A stretch of 64,000 bases of DNA from Escherichia coli (GCF_048403405.1 NZ_CP183129.1); one strand, 5' to 3'. Shown: positions 20,457 to 32,086, counted from the first letter of the stretch. Made by a program: numbers and translations. The notes: generated by a model not told the origin, from the sequence alone.

Positions 20457-21353
20457 ATGGACATTTTTATTTCGAAAAAGATGCGCAATTTCATTTTATT
20501 AGCGCAAACCAATAATATTGCCCGGGCGGCAGAAAAAATCCATATGACGGCTTCGCCATTTGGTAAAAGCATTGCCGCGCTGGAAGAACAAATTGGCTAT
20601 ACGCTATTTACCCGCAAAGATAATAATATCAGCCTCAATAAAGCCGGACAGGAACTGTATCAAAAACTGTTCCCGGTTTATCAACGACTTTCTGCGATTG
20701 ATAATGAAATCCATAACTCAGGGCGTCGTTCACGAGAAATTGTGATTGGCATAGATAATACTTATCCGACAATTATTTTTGATCAGTTGATTAGTCTCGG
20801 AGATAAGTATGAAGGCGTGACCGCCCAGCCAGTTGAGTTCAGCGAAAACGGCGTTATCGATAATCTTTTTGACCGTCAGTTAGATTTTATTATCTCCCCA
20901 CAGCATGTATCTGCACGAGTTCAGGAACTGGAAAACCTGACTATCAGTGAACTACCACCGCTGCGATTGGGCTTTCTCGTTTCTCGCCGTTATGAAGAGC
21001 GACAAGAGCAAGAGCTGCTTCAGGAGCTACCCTGGCTGCAAATGCGCTTTCAGAACCGGGCCAACTTCGAAGCAATGATTGATGCGAATATGCGACCTTG
21101 TGGGATCAATCCCACCATTATTTATCGTCCCTACAGTTTTATGGCCAAAATCAGCGCCGTGGAGCGCGGACATTTTCTGACGGTGATCCCGCATTTTGCC
21201 TGGCGACTGGTGAATCCGGCAACGCTGAAATATTTTGATGCGCCGCACAGGCCGATGTATATGCAGGAATATCTTTATTCAATCAGAAATCATCGTTATA
21301 CCGCCACGATGCTTCAGCATATTGCTGAAGATCGTGACGGGACGAGTCATTAA
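20457..21353 (+). CDS. ygfI: LysR-family transcriptional regulator, 298 aa
   Basis: 298 aa; N-terminal HTH (IARAAEKIHMTASPFGKSIAALEEQIG); convergent with scpC, 4-bp overlap. Confidence 0.8.
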   Translation: MDIFISKKMRNFILLAQTNNIARAAEKIHMTASPFGKSIAALEEQIGYTLFTRKDNNISLNKAGQELYQKLFPVYQRLSAIDNEIHNSGRRSREIVIGIDNTYPTIIFDQLISLGDKYEGVTAQPVEFSENGVIDNLFDRQLDFIISPQHVSARVQELENLTISELPPLRLGFLVSRRYEERQEQELLQELPWLQMRFQNRANFEAMIDANMRPCGINPTIIYRPYSFMAKISAVERGHFLTVIPHFAWRLVNPATLKYFDAPHRPMYMQEYLYSIRNHRYTATMLQHIAEDRDGTSH

Positions 21354-22828
21354 CCCAGCATCGAGCCGGTTGCAATTAAATTACGGTGTAAATCGAAGAC
21401 GTGGCTAAGATCGTGGTGAATATGTCCGCCGGGCGCATTTTCCAGATAGCGATGCAGATAATCCCGATACATAGGATGTGCACAATTATCAATGATAGTG
21501 CGGGCGCGTTGAAGCGGGGAAAGACCACGCAGATCGGCGATGCCTTGTTCGGTGATGATCACTTTGACGCTGTGTTCGCTGTGATCAACATGGCTGCACA
21601 TTGGCACGACGGTTGAGATCTTGCCTTCTTTAGCAATCGACGGGGCCATAAAGATCGACAGATACGCGTTGCGTTCAAAATCACCGCTGCCACCGATGCC
21701 GTTCATCAGATCGACCCCGGCTACGTGCGTTGAGTTGGCATGCCCGTAAATATCAAACTCCAGGCCGACGTTCAGAGCGATGACGCCCAGACGACGGATG
21801 ATTTCCGGGTTATTGGAAATTTCCTGCGGACGCAACACAATGCGGCTGGCAAAGTAATCCATATTGTCGTAAATCTTGCGCAGGGAATCGGCCGAGATAG
21901 TCAGGCTGGAGGCGCTGGCCCCGCTGATTTTGCCGGTTTCCAGTAAATGCACCACCGATTCCTGTAGCACTTCCGAATACATCATAAACGGAGGAATTTC
22001 CGGGTTTTCCCCTAGTCGCGCCATGACTGCATTATTGATGTTGCCTACGCCACTTTGCAGCGGCAGAAATTCCGGCGGAATACGCCCATGCGCCATTTCC
22101 TGCAACAAGAACGTGACCACGTTATCGGCAATCTGCTGGCACATGGGATTTTGCTTATCCAGCATATTACCGGCGTCAGGCAAGTTGGTTTCCACGACGG
22201 CGACAATCTTTTTCGGATCGATTTGCACATAGCGGGTACCGACGCGATCCATTGCATGGAAGATCGACACGCTATTGCGCCGCGGTGGCGCGCCAGGAAT
22301 CACAATATCTGCCAGTTCTGCAACGCGCGGATCGTGATAGTGATTAAGTTCAATGATCACTTTCTTCGCTCGCAGCAGCCAGGTCGGCGCATTACCGATC
22401 CCGCTGGTTAACCAGACTCGACCATCCGGTGCCAGTGCCGATGCTTCGATGACGGCAACATCAATGTCGCCGAAGAAACCGTAATTGACCATTTGCGCCA
22501 CTTCGCTCAAATGCAGGTCAACGAAACTCACCGCGCCCTGATTGATCTTTTTACGTAAACCGGACGATGTTTGATATGGCGCACGCCAGGAAACAGCATC
22601 GGCGTCAGAAAGTACATCGTCAGCGGCGGCGCTGATTGACGCCCCCGTCAGCAGGCGAATTTGATACGGCTTTTTGGCCTCATGCTGTTCGTTAGCTCTG
22701 CGGGCAATCGCGGTGGGTAAGGCTTTCGGCGAACCCGCTGGGGTAAAGCCGCTAAATGCCACCATGTCGTTATGCTGGATAATTTCTGCCGCTTCATCGG
22801 CGGTCATCCTTGTCCACTGAGTTTCCAT
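21350..22828 (-). CDS. scpC: propionyl-CoA:succinate CoA-transferase, 492 aa
   Basis: 492 aa METQWTRMTADEAAEIIQHNDMVAFSGF...; acetyl-CoA hydrolase/transferase family; last gene of sbm operon. Confidence 0.9.
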   Translation of the reverse strand: METQWTRMTADEAAEIIQHNDMVAFSGFTPAGSPKALPTAIARRANEQHEAKKPYQIRLLTGASISAAADDVLSDADAVSWRAPYQTSSGLRKKINQGAVSFVDLHLSEVAQMVNYGFFGDIDVAVIEASALAPDGRVWLTSGIGNAPTWLLRAKKVIIELNHYHDPRVAELADIVIPGAPPRRNSVSIFHAMDRVGTRYVQIDPKKIVAVVETNLPDAGNMLDKQNPMCQQIADNVVTFLLQEMAHGRIPPEFLPLQSGVGNINNAVMARLGENPEIPPFMMYSEVLQESVVHLLETGKISGASASSLTISADSLRKIYDNMDYFASRIVLRPQEISNNPEIIRRLGVIALNVGLEFDIYGHANSTHVAGVDLMNGIGGSGDFERNAYLSIFMAPSIAKEGKISTVVPMCSHVDHSEHSVKVIITEQGIADLRGLSPLQRARTIIDNCAHPMYRDYLHRYLENAPGGHIHHDLSHVFDLHRNLIATGSMLG

Positions 22829-22851
22829 TTTAACTCCTTCGTTCGCAGGGA

Positions 22852-23637
22852 TTAATGACCAACGAAATTAGGTTTACGTTTTTCGAGGAAAGCGTTCATC
22901 CCTTCCTGGTAATCTTCGCTGTCATAAACCGCGCGGCGCATCCCCTGAATACGTTCAAATTCATCGGAGTTCATGGTGTGTGCTTCGCCCAGTACACGCA
23001 GCTCTTCTTTGATAACGGCAATGGCTAACGGCGCTTTCTCAGAGATGTGGTGCGCCATTTGTAAGGTGAAATCTTCCAGTTCTTCCACTTCCACAACATG
23101 GTTGAGGATGCCGACAGCCAGCGCGCGCTGGGCGGTGATTGGCGAAGCGGTAAAAATCAGCTCTTTGACAATGTGGAAGCCCGCGTCGCGGGTCAGGTTG
23201 TGAATGCCGACCAGGTTATACGGGACACCGAGGTTTACAGGTGTCATTGAGAAGGTTGAGGTACTGGCGGCGATAATCAGATCGGAACTCATGATCATTT
23301 CAAATGCGCCACCCCAAACACTACCTTCCACCATCGAAATGATCGGTTTCGGGAATTTTTGGATCATGCGGGTGATTTGACGCAATGGATCATCATAGGA
23401 GAGCGGATCGCGACCGCCAGACGGCAGTTCGTGAATATCGTGACCTGCGGAGAAGACTTTGGATCCACTCGGCGCGCGCAAAATGATACAGCGAATTTCC
23501 GGCCGGTTGAGATCGCTTAACGCCTGCATAAGATCATCAATAAAGACTTTACTTAAGGCATTAAGTTTTCGGCCATAGTTAAACTCAATGACCGCCACTT
23601 TGTTGATAGTGACAACGTTCACATACTGATAAGACAT
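22852..23637 (-). CDS. scpB: methylmalonyl-CoA decarboxylase (crotonase fold), 261 aa
   Basis: Internal ATG gives MSYQYVNVVTINKVAVIEFNYGRKLNAL... 261 aa; ORF-track 275 aa is over-extended. Confidence 0.9.
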   Translation of the reverse strand: MSYQYVNVVTINKVAVIEFNYGRKLNALSKVFIDDLMQALSDLNRPEIRCIILRAPSGSKVFSAGHDIHELPSGGRDPLSYDDPLRQITRMIQKFPKPIISMVEGSVWGGAFEMIMSSDLIIAASTSTFSMTPVNLGVPYNLVGIHNLTRDAGFHIVKELIFTASPITAQRALAVGILNHVVEVEELEDFTLQMAHHISEKAPLAIAVIKEELRVLGEAHTMNSDEFERIQGMRRAVYDSEDYQEGMNAFLEKRKPNFVGH

Positions 23638-23647
23638 AAAAATTCCT

Positions 23648-24643
23648 TTAATCAAAATATTGCGTCTGGATAAATTCACTGAGCTGCCGCAGGCCGGTGC
23701 GCGGTGAGAGCGTATTGTTTTTGACCGCTAAAAGCGTCTGGCGGTAATAGCGATCGAAATCTTCATTCGCGAACAGGTGATTCAGTACTTCTTCTTCGGT
23801 TTGTTTACGCAGCCATTCCACCGATTGTTGTTGCCGCACTTGTTGTAATCGACCACTGGCAGTTAGCGCGGTTTTGAAGTCGATGATGGCGTGCCAGATC
23901 TCATCGATTCCACGTTTTTCCAGTGCGCTACAAGTCAGAACCCGTGGCTGCCATTCGTCGTATTTACGTCGCAGAATATGCAGAGCACTCTCGTACATAT
24001 GCCGGGCAATGGCGACATTGGTATGGTTATCGCCATCGTCTTTGTTGATAACGATCAGATCTGCCACTTCCATCAGCCCCTTTTTAATGCCCTGCAGATC
24101 ATCGCCGCCACCGGCAATTTGCAACGAGATAAAACAGTCCACCATGCGGGCGACTTCCGTTTCTGACTGCCCGACGCCAACCGTTTCGACAATCACTACG
24201 TCATAACCCGCCGCTTCGCATAACAGCATTAATTCCCGCGCTCGCTGACTGGCACCGCCCAGATGGCCGGAGGAGGGTACCGGGCGAATAAACGCCGCCT
24301 CGGCACGCGCAAGGTCATTCATGCGGGTTTTATCCCCGAGAATGCTACCGCCAGTGACCGGGCTGCTGGGATCGACCGCAATAACCGCAACCTTTAATCC
24401 CTCACGAATCAACAACATGCCAAAGGCTTCAAGAAAGGTACTTTTCCCCGCGCCGGGTGTGCCGGTAACGCCCAGTCGCAGGGCGTTACCACAGAACGGC
24501 ATAATGGCGTCAAGCAGCTGAGTACTTAGCGCCTGATGACGCGGGTGACGGCTTTCCACCAACGTCATGGCCTGGGCAAGCGTGGCACGCTCACCCTTAC
24601 GTAAGCGGCGAATACTTTCTGCCAGCGTGGCTTCATTAATCAT
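23648..24643 (-). CDS. argK: MeaB-type GTPase chaperone of methylmalonyl-CoA mutase, 331 aa
   Basis: 331 aa; P-loop GTPGAGKST; 8-bp overlap with scpA. Confidence 0.9.
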   Translation of the reverse strand: MINEATLAESIRRLRKGERATLAQAMTLVESRHPRHQALSTQLLDAIMPFCGNALRLGVTGTPGAGKSTFLEAFGMLLIREGLKVAVIAVDPSSPVTGGSILGDKTRMNDLARAEAAFIRPVPSSGHLGGASQRARELMLLCEAAGYDVVIVETVGVGQSETEVARMVDCFISLQIAGGGDDLQGIKKGLMEVADLIVINKDDGDNHTNVAIARHMYESALHILRRKYDEWQPRVLTCSALEKRGIDEIWHAIIDFKTALTASGRLQQVRQQQSVEWLRKQTEEEVLNHLFANEDFDRYYRQTLLAVKNNTLSPRTGLRQLSEFIQTQYFD

Positions 24644-26780
24644 GATGCTGGCTTATCAGATTCAGTGCGTCGCGCACGCTGTCGAGCATAGGTGTACCTG
24701 GACCATAAATCGCCGCCACGCCGCGCTCTTGCAGGAAGGCGTAATCCTGCGGCGGAATGACGCCACCGGCGACTACGCAGATATCTTCGCGTCCCCATTT
24801 TTTCAGCGCTTCGACCAGTTCCGGGATCAGCGTTTTATGACCGGCAGCCAGTGAGGATGCGCCCACTACGTGAACGTCATTTTCTACTGCCAGGCGGGCG
24901 ATCTCTTCAGGTGTAGAGAACATCGGGCTTAAATCTACGTCGAAACCGAGGTCGGAATAGGCGCTGGCGATCACTTTCGCGCCGCGATCGTGCCCATCCT
25001 GACCCATTTTAGCGATCAGAATGCGCGGGCGACGACCATTGTCGGCAAGGAACAGCTCCGTTTGCGCAACAATGGCATCGAACTCGGAGGCCGATTTCTC
25101 AGACTGATGATAGCTTTGCGCAATCACGCCGGTAACACACTGGCTTGGCACCAGATAACGGTCGAAAGCGGCTTCCAGCGCATCGGAAATTTCACCCAGG
25201 GTGGCGCGAACGCGAGCGGCATTAACAGCGGCAGCCAGCAGGTTTTCGTTATGCTGTGCGGCGTGAGTCAGGGCGTTCAACGCGGCGGTTACGGCGGCAT
25301 CATCACGGGTGGCGCGAATGCGTTCCAGCGAAGCAATTTGCTCGTTACGCACCATCACGTTGTCGATCTCAAGGACGTCGGTTTCGTCTTCGTGATCCAG
25401 TTTGTACTTGTTGACACCAACGATGACACGCTTGCCCTGGTCGATCAGCGACTGTTCGCGCGCTGAGGCCTCTTCGATCATTCGTTTTGGCAGACCTGCT
25501 TCGATCGCTTTCGCCATACCACCGGCTTCGTCGATCTGTTGGATAATAGCTCTGGCTTGTTTGACGATTTGATCGGTCAGCGACTCAACGTAATAGGATC
25601 CGGCCAGTGGATCGACGGTGCGGCAGAGTTCTGATTCTTCCTGAATGATGATCTGGGTATTGCGGGCAATGCGTGCTGAGAAATCGGTAGGCAAACCAAG
25701 CGCTTCGTCAAAGGCGTTGGTATGCAGTGACTGAGTACCGCCCAGCGTTGCAGCCAGTGCTTCAATGGTGGTGCGGATAACGTTGTTATACGGATCCTGT
25801 TCAGTCAGGCTCCAGCCTGAGGTCTGGCAGTGGGTACGCAGCGCCAGTGATTTCGGATCCTGTGCGCCAAATCCACTGACCGCTTCGCTCCATAAATAAC
25901 GTGCCGCACGCAACATGGCGACGTTCATAAACAGATCCATGCCAATGCCGAAGAAGAACGACAGGCGAGGAGCGAAGTCATCAATTTTCAGCCCGGCGGA
26001 GATTGCTGCTTTGATGTACTCAATCCCATCAGCGAGCGTAAATGCTACCTGCTGCACGCAGTTGGCACCCGCTTCACCCATATGGTAACCGCTGATACTG
26101 ATGGTATTAAATCGCGGCATGTTGCCGGAACACCAGGCGATGATGTCTGCGATAATACGCATTGACGGTTTTGGCGGGTAAATATAGGTGTTGCGGCAAA
26201 GATACTCTTTGAGGATATCGTTTTGAATAGTGCCGGTCAGTTTATCGGGTGTAACACCTTGCTCTTCTGCGGCGACAATATAAAACGCCAGTACTGGTAG
26301 TACTGCGCCATTCATGGTCATCGAAACCGACATTTTATCCAGCGGGATCTGGTCGAACAGGACTTTCATATCTTCCACGGTGTCGATAGCAACGCCCGCT
26401 TTGCCGACGTCGCCCGCCACGCGCGGGTTATCGGAGTCGTAGCCTCGGTGGGTGGCAAGGTCAAACGCAACGGAAAGACCTTTTTGCCCGGCGGCCAGGT
26501 TACGGCGATAAAAAGCGTTGGACTCTTTTGCTGTTGAAAAACCAGCATACTGACGGATGGTCCACGGTTGGGCGGTATACATAGTGGCACGCGGGCCACG
26601 AACGTAGGGGGGCAAACCAGGAAGGGTACCTGTCACCTCCAGATTATCGAGATCGGCTTCGGTATACAGCGGCTTGATGGCGATCCCTTCCGCGGTTTGC
26701 TGAACCAGCGAGTCGACAGTTTTCTCCCGACGGCTCAATTCCTTGTTGGCAAGCTGTTGCCACTCCTGCACGTTAGACAT
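24636..26780 (-). CDS. scpA: methylmalonyl-CoA mutase (B12-dependent), 714 aa
   Basis: [26 protein letters not shown]... 714 aa; ORF-track starts 7 codons upstream. Confidence 0.93.
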   Translation of the reverse strand: MSNVQEWQQLANKELSRREKTVDSLVQQTAEGIAIKPLYTEADLDNLEVTGTLPGLPPYVRGPRATMYTAQPWTIRQYAGFSTAKESNAFYRRNLAAGQKGLSVAFDLATHRGYDSDNPRVAGDVGKAGVAIDTVEDMKVLFDQIPLDKMSVSMTMNGAVLPVLAFYIVAAEEQGVTPDKLTGTIQNDILKEYLCRNTYIYPPKPSMRIIADIIAWCSGNMPRFNTISISGYHMGEAGANCVQQVAFTLADGIEYIKAAISAGLKIDDFAPRLSFFFGIGMDLFMNVAMLRAARYLWSEAVSGFGAQDPKSLALRTHCQTSGWSLTEQDPYNNVIRTTIEALAATLGGTQSLHTNAFDEALGLPTDFSARIARNTQIIIQEESELCRTVDPLAGSYYVESLTDQIVKQARAIIQQIDEAGGMAKAIEAGLPKRMIEEASAREQSLIDQGKRVIVGVNKYKLDHEDETDVLEIDNVMVRNEQIASLERIRATRDDAAVTAALNALTHAAQHNENLLAAAVNAARVRATLGEISDALEAAFDRYLVPSQCVTGVIAQSYHQSEKSASEFDAIVAQTELFLADNGRRPRILIAKMGQDGHDRGAKVIASAYSDLGFDVDLSPMFSTPEEIARLAVENDVHVVGASSLAAGHKTLIPELVEALKKWGREDICVVAGGVIPPQDYAFLQERGVAAIYGPGTPMLDSVRDALNLISQHHD

Positions 26781-26945
26781 TATTTGCTCCGTAAAACGCA
26801 ATCAAAATGAGGGTATTTGCGCTTACGGTGAGCTTTTTACGTGGGTTTGTCGCCAGCAAAAAAAATGCATTCAGACGTCGTTTTTTGCCGCCTGAGATTT
26901 GTCTATTTTGTGATGTGATTCAAGGAATACAAAAAGACGTGCGGA

Positions 26946-26974
26946 TAATGCCTGATATGTGCTATCAGGCATTA
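26946..26974. terminator. palindromic hairpin downstream of argP
   Basis: TAATGCCTGATA-tgtgc-TATCAGGCATTA perfect 12-bp inverted repeat just 3' of argP stop. Confidence 0.45.
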
Positions 26975-26983
26975 TTTGATGGA

Positions 26984-27877
26984 TTAATCCTGACGAAGGA
27001 CTTTGTGACCATAATCGAGTAACGCATCAGTGACTTTACGCATCATGCGGCTTTCAGGAGCAAAGCGGTGCCAGTAGAGCATCCGTCGTTGAAATAGCCC
27101 AGGCGTTAAGTCAATCAGTTCACCGCTGGCCAGCTCTTTCTCGATTTGCAGGTGCGGGATCATACAGCAGGTGGTGCCCTGGCGAGCAAGTTGCACGAAC
27201 GCTTCTGAAGAATTAACGATATGGCAGGGTACGCTGCCAGGAGGCAGATCGAAGTTTTGCTGCAAAAAGGCCTGGTGCATATCGTCAAGATGGTCAAAGG
27301 CGACCACTGGCGCTTTCAATAATGCCGAACGCGTTACGCCGTTAGGGAAATATTTTTCGGCAAACGGTTTTGAGCTGACGAACAGATAGTCGAGCGCACC
27401 AAGTTTATCGACAAGACAACTCGGCAGTGCCTGATGTTGAATACTCACCGCGCCGACCACTTCGCCGCGGCGCAGACGTTCCTGAGTGCGGGTTTCATCT
27501 TCTACCTGCAAGTTGAGGCGGATAGGCGAATCAGCCAACACAGGAGCCAGTGCCGGAAGCAACCACGTCGCCAGACTGTCGGCGTTGACCGCCAGTGAAA
27601 GCAGCAGCGGAGTCGAACCGGTTTGTTCATCGCCCAGCCACTCTTCTTCCAGCAACTCCACCTGGCGCAGCAGTGCCAGCAGTTTTTGCCCTTGTTCCGT
27701 CGGGCGCGGCGGTACGGTACGCACCAACAGCGGCTGCCCGAACATATTTTCCAGTTGCTTAATGCGCTGTGAGACGGCTGATTGTGTAATGCACAGCTTT
27801 TGTGCCGCGCGCTCAAATCCTCGTTCACGTATCACCGCATCCAGTGCCTGTAATGTTCTGTAGTCCGGGCGTTTCAT
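26984..27877 (-). CDS. argP: LysR-family regulator ArgP/IciA, 297 aa
   Basis: Internal ATG gives [43 protein letters not shown]...; 297 aa. Confidence 0.9.
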
Positions 27878-28304
27878 TGCTGTTGTCTGCTCCTGGTAAA
27901 TGCTTTTTCCTGCACTATGACACAATTTTGTGTCAGGTTGCATATACCGAAGCCGTCGGCGGGTAACATTTGTATTCGTGGTTAAACGCGCAGCTTAAAA
28001 GATCAGGGATTTGCGCTAATGCATTTCGCTCAGCGAGTTCGCGCCCTGGTTGTGTTGAATGGCGTGGCGTTATTGCCCCAATTTGCCTGTAAACAGGGGC
28101 TTGCGAACGGTGAACTGGTGCGCCTGTTTGCACCGTGGAGCGGCATACCCAGATTGTTGTATGCCTTATTTGCGGGGCGAAAGGGGATGCCTGCCATTGC
28201 GCGATATTTTATGGATGAGTTAACCACGCGGCTTGCCAACGGGGTCTGAATCGCTTTTTTTGTATATAATGCGTGTGAAATTTCATACCATAGGCGAAAC
28301 GATC

Positions 28305-28964
28305 ATGACGCAGGATGAATTGAAAAAAGCAGTAGGATGGGCGGCACTTCAGTATGTTCAGCCCGGCACCATTGTTGGTGTAGGTACAGGTTCCACCGCC
28401 GCACACTTTATTGACGCGCTCGGTACAATGAAAGGCCAGATTGAAGGGGCCGTTTCCAGTTCAGATGCTTCCACTGAAAAACTGAAAAGCCTCGGCATTC
28501 ACGTTTTTGATCTCAACGAAGTCGACAGCCTTGGCATCTACGTTGATGGCGCAGATGAAATCAACGGCCACATGCAAATGATCAAAGGCGGCGGCGCGGC
28601 GCTGACCCGTGAAAAAATCATTGCTTCGGTTGCAGAAAAATTTATCTGTATTGCAGACGCTTCCAAGCAGGTTGATATTCTGGGTAAATTCCCGCTGCCA
28701 GTAGAAGTTATCCCGATGGCACGTAGTGCAGTGGCGCGCCAGCTGGTGAAACTGGGCGGTCGTCCGGAATACCGTCAGGGCGTGGTGACCGATAATGGCA
28801 ACGTGATCCTCGACGTCCACGGCATGGAAATCCTTGACCCGATAGCGATGGAAAACGCCATAAATGCGATTCCTGGCGTGGTGACTGTTGGCTTGTTTGC
28901 TAACCGTGGCGCGGACGTTGCGCTGATTGGCACACCTGACGGTGTCAAAACCATTGTGAAATGA
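28305..28964 (+). CDS. rpiA: ribose-5-phosphate isomerase A, 219 aa
   Basis: [39 protein letters not shown]...; ORF-track start 28233 (TTG) over-extended. Confidence 0.95.
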
Positions 28965-29220
28965 TCTGACGGGGGAACCTCCCCCCGTTAAAAAAATTCT
29001 CTTCATTAAATTTGGTGACATGTGTCACGTTTTTACCTGGCTATTGTCGATTGCTCTAAATAAACCATCTAAACCAGCATATTCATCCAAGAAATACCTT
29101 TGCGTGATATTTCCTCAACATCGCGACGCAAACGTTCATATTGCCGCAATATTATTTTTTGATATGTTGAAAGGCGGATGCAAATCCGCACACAACATTT
29201 CAAAAGACAGGATTGGGTAA

Positions 29221-30453
29221 ATGGCAAAGGTATCGCTGGAGAAAGACAAGATTAAGTTTCTGCTGGTAGAAGGCGTGCACCAAAAGGCGCTTGAAAGCCT
29301 TCGTGCAGCTGGTTACACCAACATCGAATTTCACAAAGGCGCGCTGGATGATGAACAATTAAAAGAATCCATCCGCGATGCCCACTTCATCGGCCTGCGA
29401 TCCCGTACCCATCTGACTGAAGACGTGATCAACGCCGCAGAAAAACTGGTCGCTATTGGCTGTTTCTGTATCGGAACAAACCAGGTTGATCTGGATGCGG
29501 CGGCAAAACGCGGGATCCCGGTATTTAACGCACCGTTCTCAAATACGCGCTCTGTTGCGGAGCTGGTGATTGGCGAACTGCTGCTGCTATTGCGCGGCGT
29601 GCCGGAAGCCAATGCTAAAGCGCACCGTGGCGTGTGGAACAAACTGGCGGCGGGTTCTTTTGAAGCGCGCGGCAAAAAGCTGGGTATCATCGGCTACGGT
29701 CATATTGGTACGCAATTGGGCATTCTGGCTGAATCGCTGGGAATGTATGTTTACTTTTATGATATTGAAAACAAACTGCCGCTGGGCAACGCCACTCAGG
29801 TACAGCATCTTTCTGACCTGCTGAATATGAGCGATGTGGTGAGTCTGCATGTACCAGAGAATCCGTCCACCAAAAATATGATGGGTGCGAAAGAGATTTC
29901 GCTAATGAAGCCCGGCTCGCTGCTGATTAATGCTTCGCGCGGTACTGTGGTGGATATTCCGGCGCTGTGTGACGCGCTGGCGAGCAAACATCTGGCGGGG
30001 GCGGCAATCGACGTATTCCCGACGGAACCGGCAACCAATAGCGATCCATTTACCTCTCCGCTGTGTGAATTCGACAACGTCCTTCTGACGCCACACATTG
30101 GCGGTTCGACTCAGGAAGCGCAGGAGAATATCGGCCTGGAAGTTGCGGGTAAATTGATCAAGTATTCTGACAATGGCTCAACGCTCTCTGCGGTGAACTT
30201 CCCGGAAGTCTCGCTGCCACTGCACGGTGGGCGTCGTCTGATGCACATCCACGAAAACCGTCCGGGCGTGTTAACTGCGCTGAACAAAATCTTCGCCGAG
30301 CAGGGCGTCAACATCGCCGCGCAATATCTGCAAACTTCCGCCCAGATGGGTTATGTAGTTATTGATATTGAAGCCGACGAAGACGTTGCCGAAAAAGCTC
30401 TGCAGGCAATGAAAGCTATTCCGGGTACCATTCGCGCCCGTCTGCTGTACTAA
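29221..30453 (+). CDS. serA: D-3-phosphoglycerate dehydrogenase, 410 aa
   Basis: 410 aa MAKVSLEKDKIKFLLVEGVHQKALESLRAAGYTNIEFHKGALDDEQ... Confidence 0.95.
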   Translation: MAKVSLEKDKIKFLLVEGVHQKALESLRAAGYTNIEFHKGALDDEQLKESIRDAHFIGLRSRTHLTEDVINAAEKLVAIGCFCIGTNQVDLDAAAKRGIPVFNAPFSNTRSVAELVIGELLLLLRGVPEANAKAHRGVWNKLAAGSFEARGKKLGIIGYGHIGTQLGILAESLGMYVYFYDIENKLPLGNATQVQHLSDLLNMSDVVSLHVPENPSTKNMMGAKEISLMKPGSLLINASRGTVVDIPALCDALASKHLAGAAIDVFPTEPATNSDPFTSPLCEFDNVLLTPHIGGSTQEAQENIGLEVAGKLIKYSDNGSTLSAVNFPEVSLPLHGGRRLMHIHENRPGVLTALNKIFAEQGVNIAAQYLQTSAQMGYVVIDIEADEDVAEKALQAMKAIPGTIRARLLY

Positions 30454-30473
30454 TTCCCCTTCTCTGAAAATCA

Positions 30474-30506
30474 ACGGGCAGGTCACTGACTTGCCCGTTT
30501 TTTTTA
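30474..30506 (+). terminator. serA rho-independent terminator
   Basis: ACGGGCA-ggtcactgact-TGCCCGT hairpin followed by TTTTTTTT. Confidence 0.7.
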
Positions 30507-30639
30507 TCCCTTCTCCACACCGTTGCCGCGTTGCGCATTCTACTTTGCGAGTCTGCTCCAGAAAATAAATCAAAGTCAGATCAATGCGTTGTGTTTATTT
30601 AATGGGGATTTACGATGGCAGGACAGCATGGGGCTGTAA

Positions 30640-30785
30640 CGGTAAAGCCCTCACCGAAGCGAGGGCTTAAAGGAGAAGGGTTATGATGCGACTTGTCATC
30701 ATACTGATTGTACTGTTACTCATAAGTTTGCCAGCTTATTAACAGTCAGTCACAGGGGAGGAGTAATCCTCCCTTACCCTTACTC
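30640..30785 (-). ncRNA. sibC: SibC-like antisense sRNA (antitoxin to ibsC); boundaries approximate
   Basis: Minus-strand promoter-like TTGACA (plus 30813-30818), 17-bp spacer, TAATTT (plus 30789-30794); hairpin GCCCTC-accgaagc-GAGGGC at 30647-30666 as candidate 3' end; fully antisense to ibsC. Confidence 0.45.
30683..30742 (+). CDS. ibsC: type I toxin IbsC-like hydrophobic peptide (19 aa)
   Basis: ATG ATG CGA CTT ... TAT TAA encodes MMRLVIILIVLLLISLPAY; SD AGGAGAAGGG upstream; lies in the serA-ygfA spacer where I recall the ibsC/sibC locus. Confidence 0.6.
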   Translation: MMRLVIILIVLLLISLPAY

Positions 30786-30842
30786 ACTAAATTAGGTTAA
30801 AGAATCAACGATGTCAATCAGGGCGATGCAGGTGTGTCGCCC

Positions 30843-31391
30843 TCACCACTCCCAGACTTTCGACGGTGTAACCACCGCAGGAAGAGGGATATCCCACTCT
30901 TCAACGGGGAGTTTTTCCACCAACTGACAATCATGCGCATAACCCACCGGTTGCATTTTATAGTGCTGCCAGTTTTGTAAGGTCCGATCATAAAAACCAC
31001 CGCCCATTCCCAGGCGCTGGCCGTACTCATCAAAGGCGACCAGCGGTGTGATCAACACGTCTAATCGGGAAAGGGGGAGCACGTCACGCACATCCAGTTT
31101 TGGCTCATGGATCTTCAACCTGTTCATCACCAGTTCGCTTTGCGGATGGTAATTCAGGAACAGCAAATTACCGGCACTAAAGGGATGCAAAACTGGAAGA
31201 TATACGCGCTTACCGGCGCGCCAGAGTTGTTCTATGAGTGGCTGGGTGTCGAGTTCGCCATCAAAAGAGAGGAATACAGCAACCGTATGTGCCATCATCA
31301 CTGGGGGATAAGTCATCATCCGGGTAGCAGCTTGTTGACCCATTTTCAGCTGTTGTTCCGGCGTTAACGCACGACGACGTTGCCGAATCAT
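30843..31391 (-). CDS. ygfA: 5-formyltetrahydrofolate cyclo-ligase family protein, 182 aa
   Basis: Internal ATG gives MIRQRRRALTPEQQLKMGQQAATRMMTYPPV...; start chosen downstream of the 6S RNA 3' end; ORF-track 248 aa overlaps ssrS and is over-extended. Confidence 0.85.
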   Translation of the reverse strand: MIRQRRRALTPEQQLKMGQQAATRMMTYPPVMMAHTVAVFLSFDGELDTQPLIEQLWRAGKRVYLPVLHPFSAGNLLFLNYHPQSELVMNRLKIHEPKLDVRDVLPLSRLDVLITPLVAFDEYGQRLGMGGGFYDRTLQNWQHYKMQPVGYAHDCQLVEKLPVEEWDIPLPAVVTPSKVWEW

Positions 31392-31465
31392 TTTGCGGAT
31401 TTCTTGTCGAGATAATGTCAGTGGGAGTTCTGGTAGTTGCGTCATGGCTGGTGCCAGATAAGAAG

Positions 31466-31649
31466 GGAATCTCCGAGATGCCGCCGCAGGCTGTAACCCT
31501 TGAACCCTTGGTTCAAGGTGAATGTGTCGTCGCAGTTTTAAGGCTTCTCGGACGGACCGAGCATGCTCACCAACCGCGGAGCGCCACATTCTTGTGGTAT
31601 GAAATATCGGCTCAGGGGACTGGCCCGCTTGCGAACATCTCAGAGAAAT
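31466..31649 (-). ncRNA. ssrS: 6S RNA
   Basis: Reverse complement of 31466-31649 reads AUUUCUCUGAGAUGUUCGCAAGCGGGCCAGUCCCCUGAGCCGAUAUUUCAUACCACAAGAAUGUGGCGCUCCGCGGUUGGUGAGCAUGCUCGG...GGAGAUUCC, matching E. coli 6S RNA from memory; sits between zapA and ygfA. Confidence 0.92.
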
Positions 31650-31690
31650 TTTGTCTTCACGGTTACTCTACCACAGTAAACCGAAAAGTG

Positions 31691-32086
<396 letters not shown>

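Noticed and set aside
31392-31589. N-terminal extension of ygfA ORF (ORF-track 248 aa) overlapping 6S RNA
   Set aside because: The extension would read through the 6S RNA gene; the start downstream of the 6S 3' end gives the expected 182-aa product.
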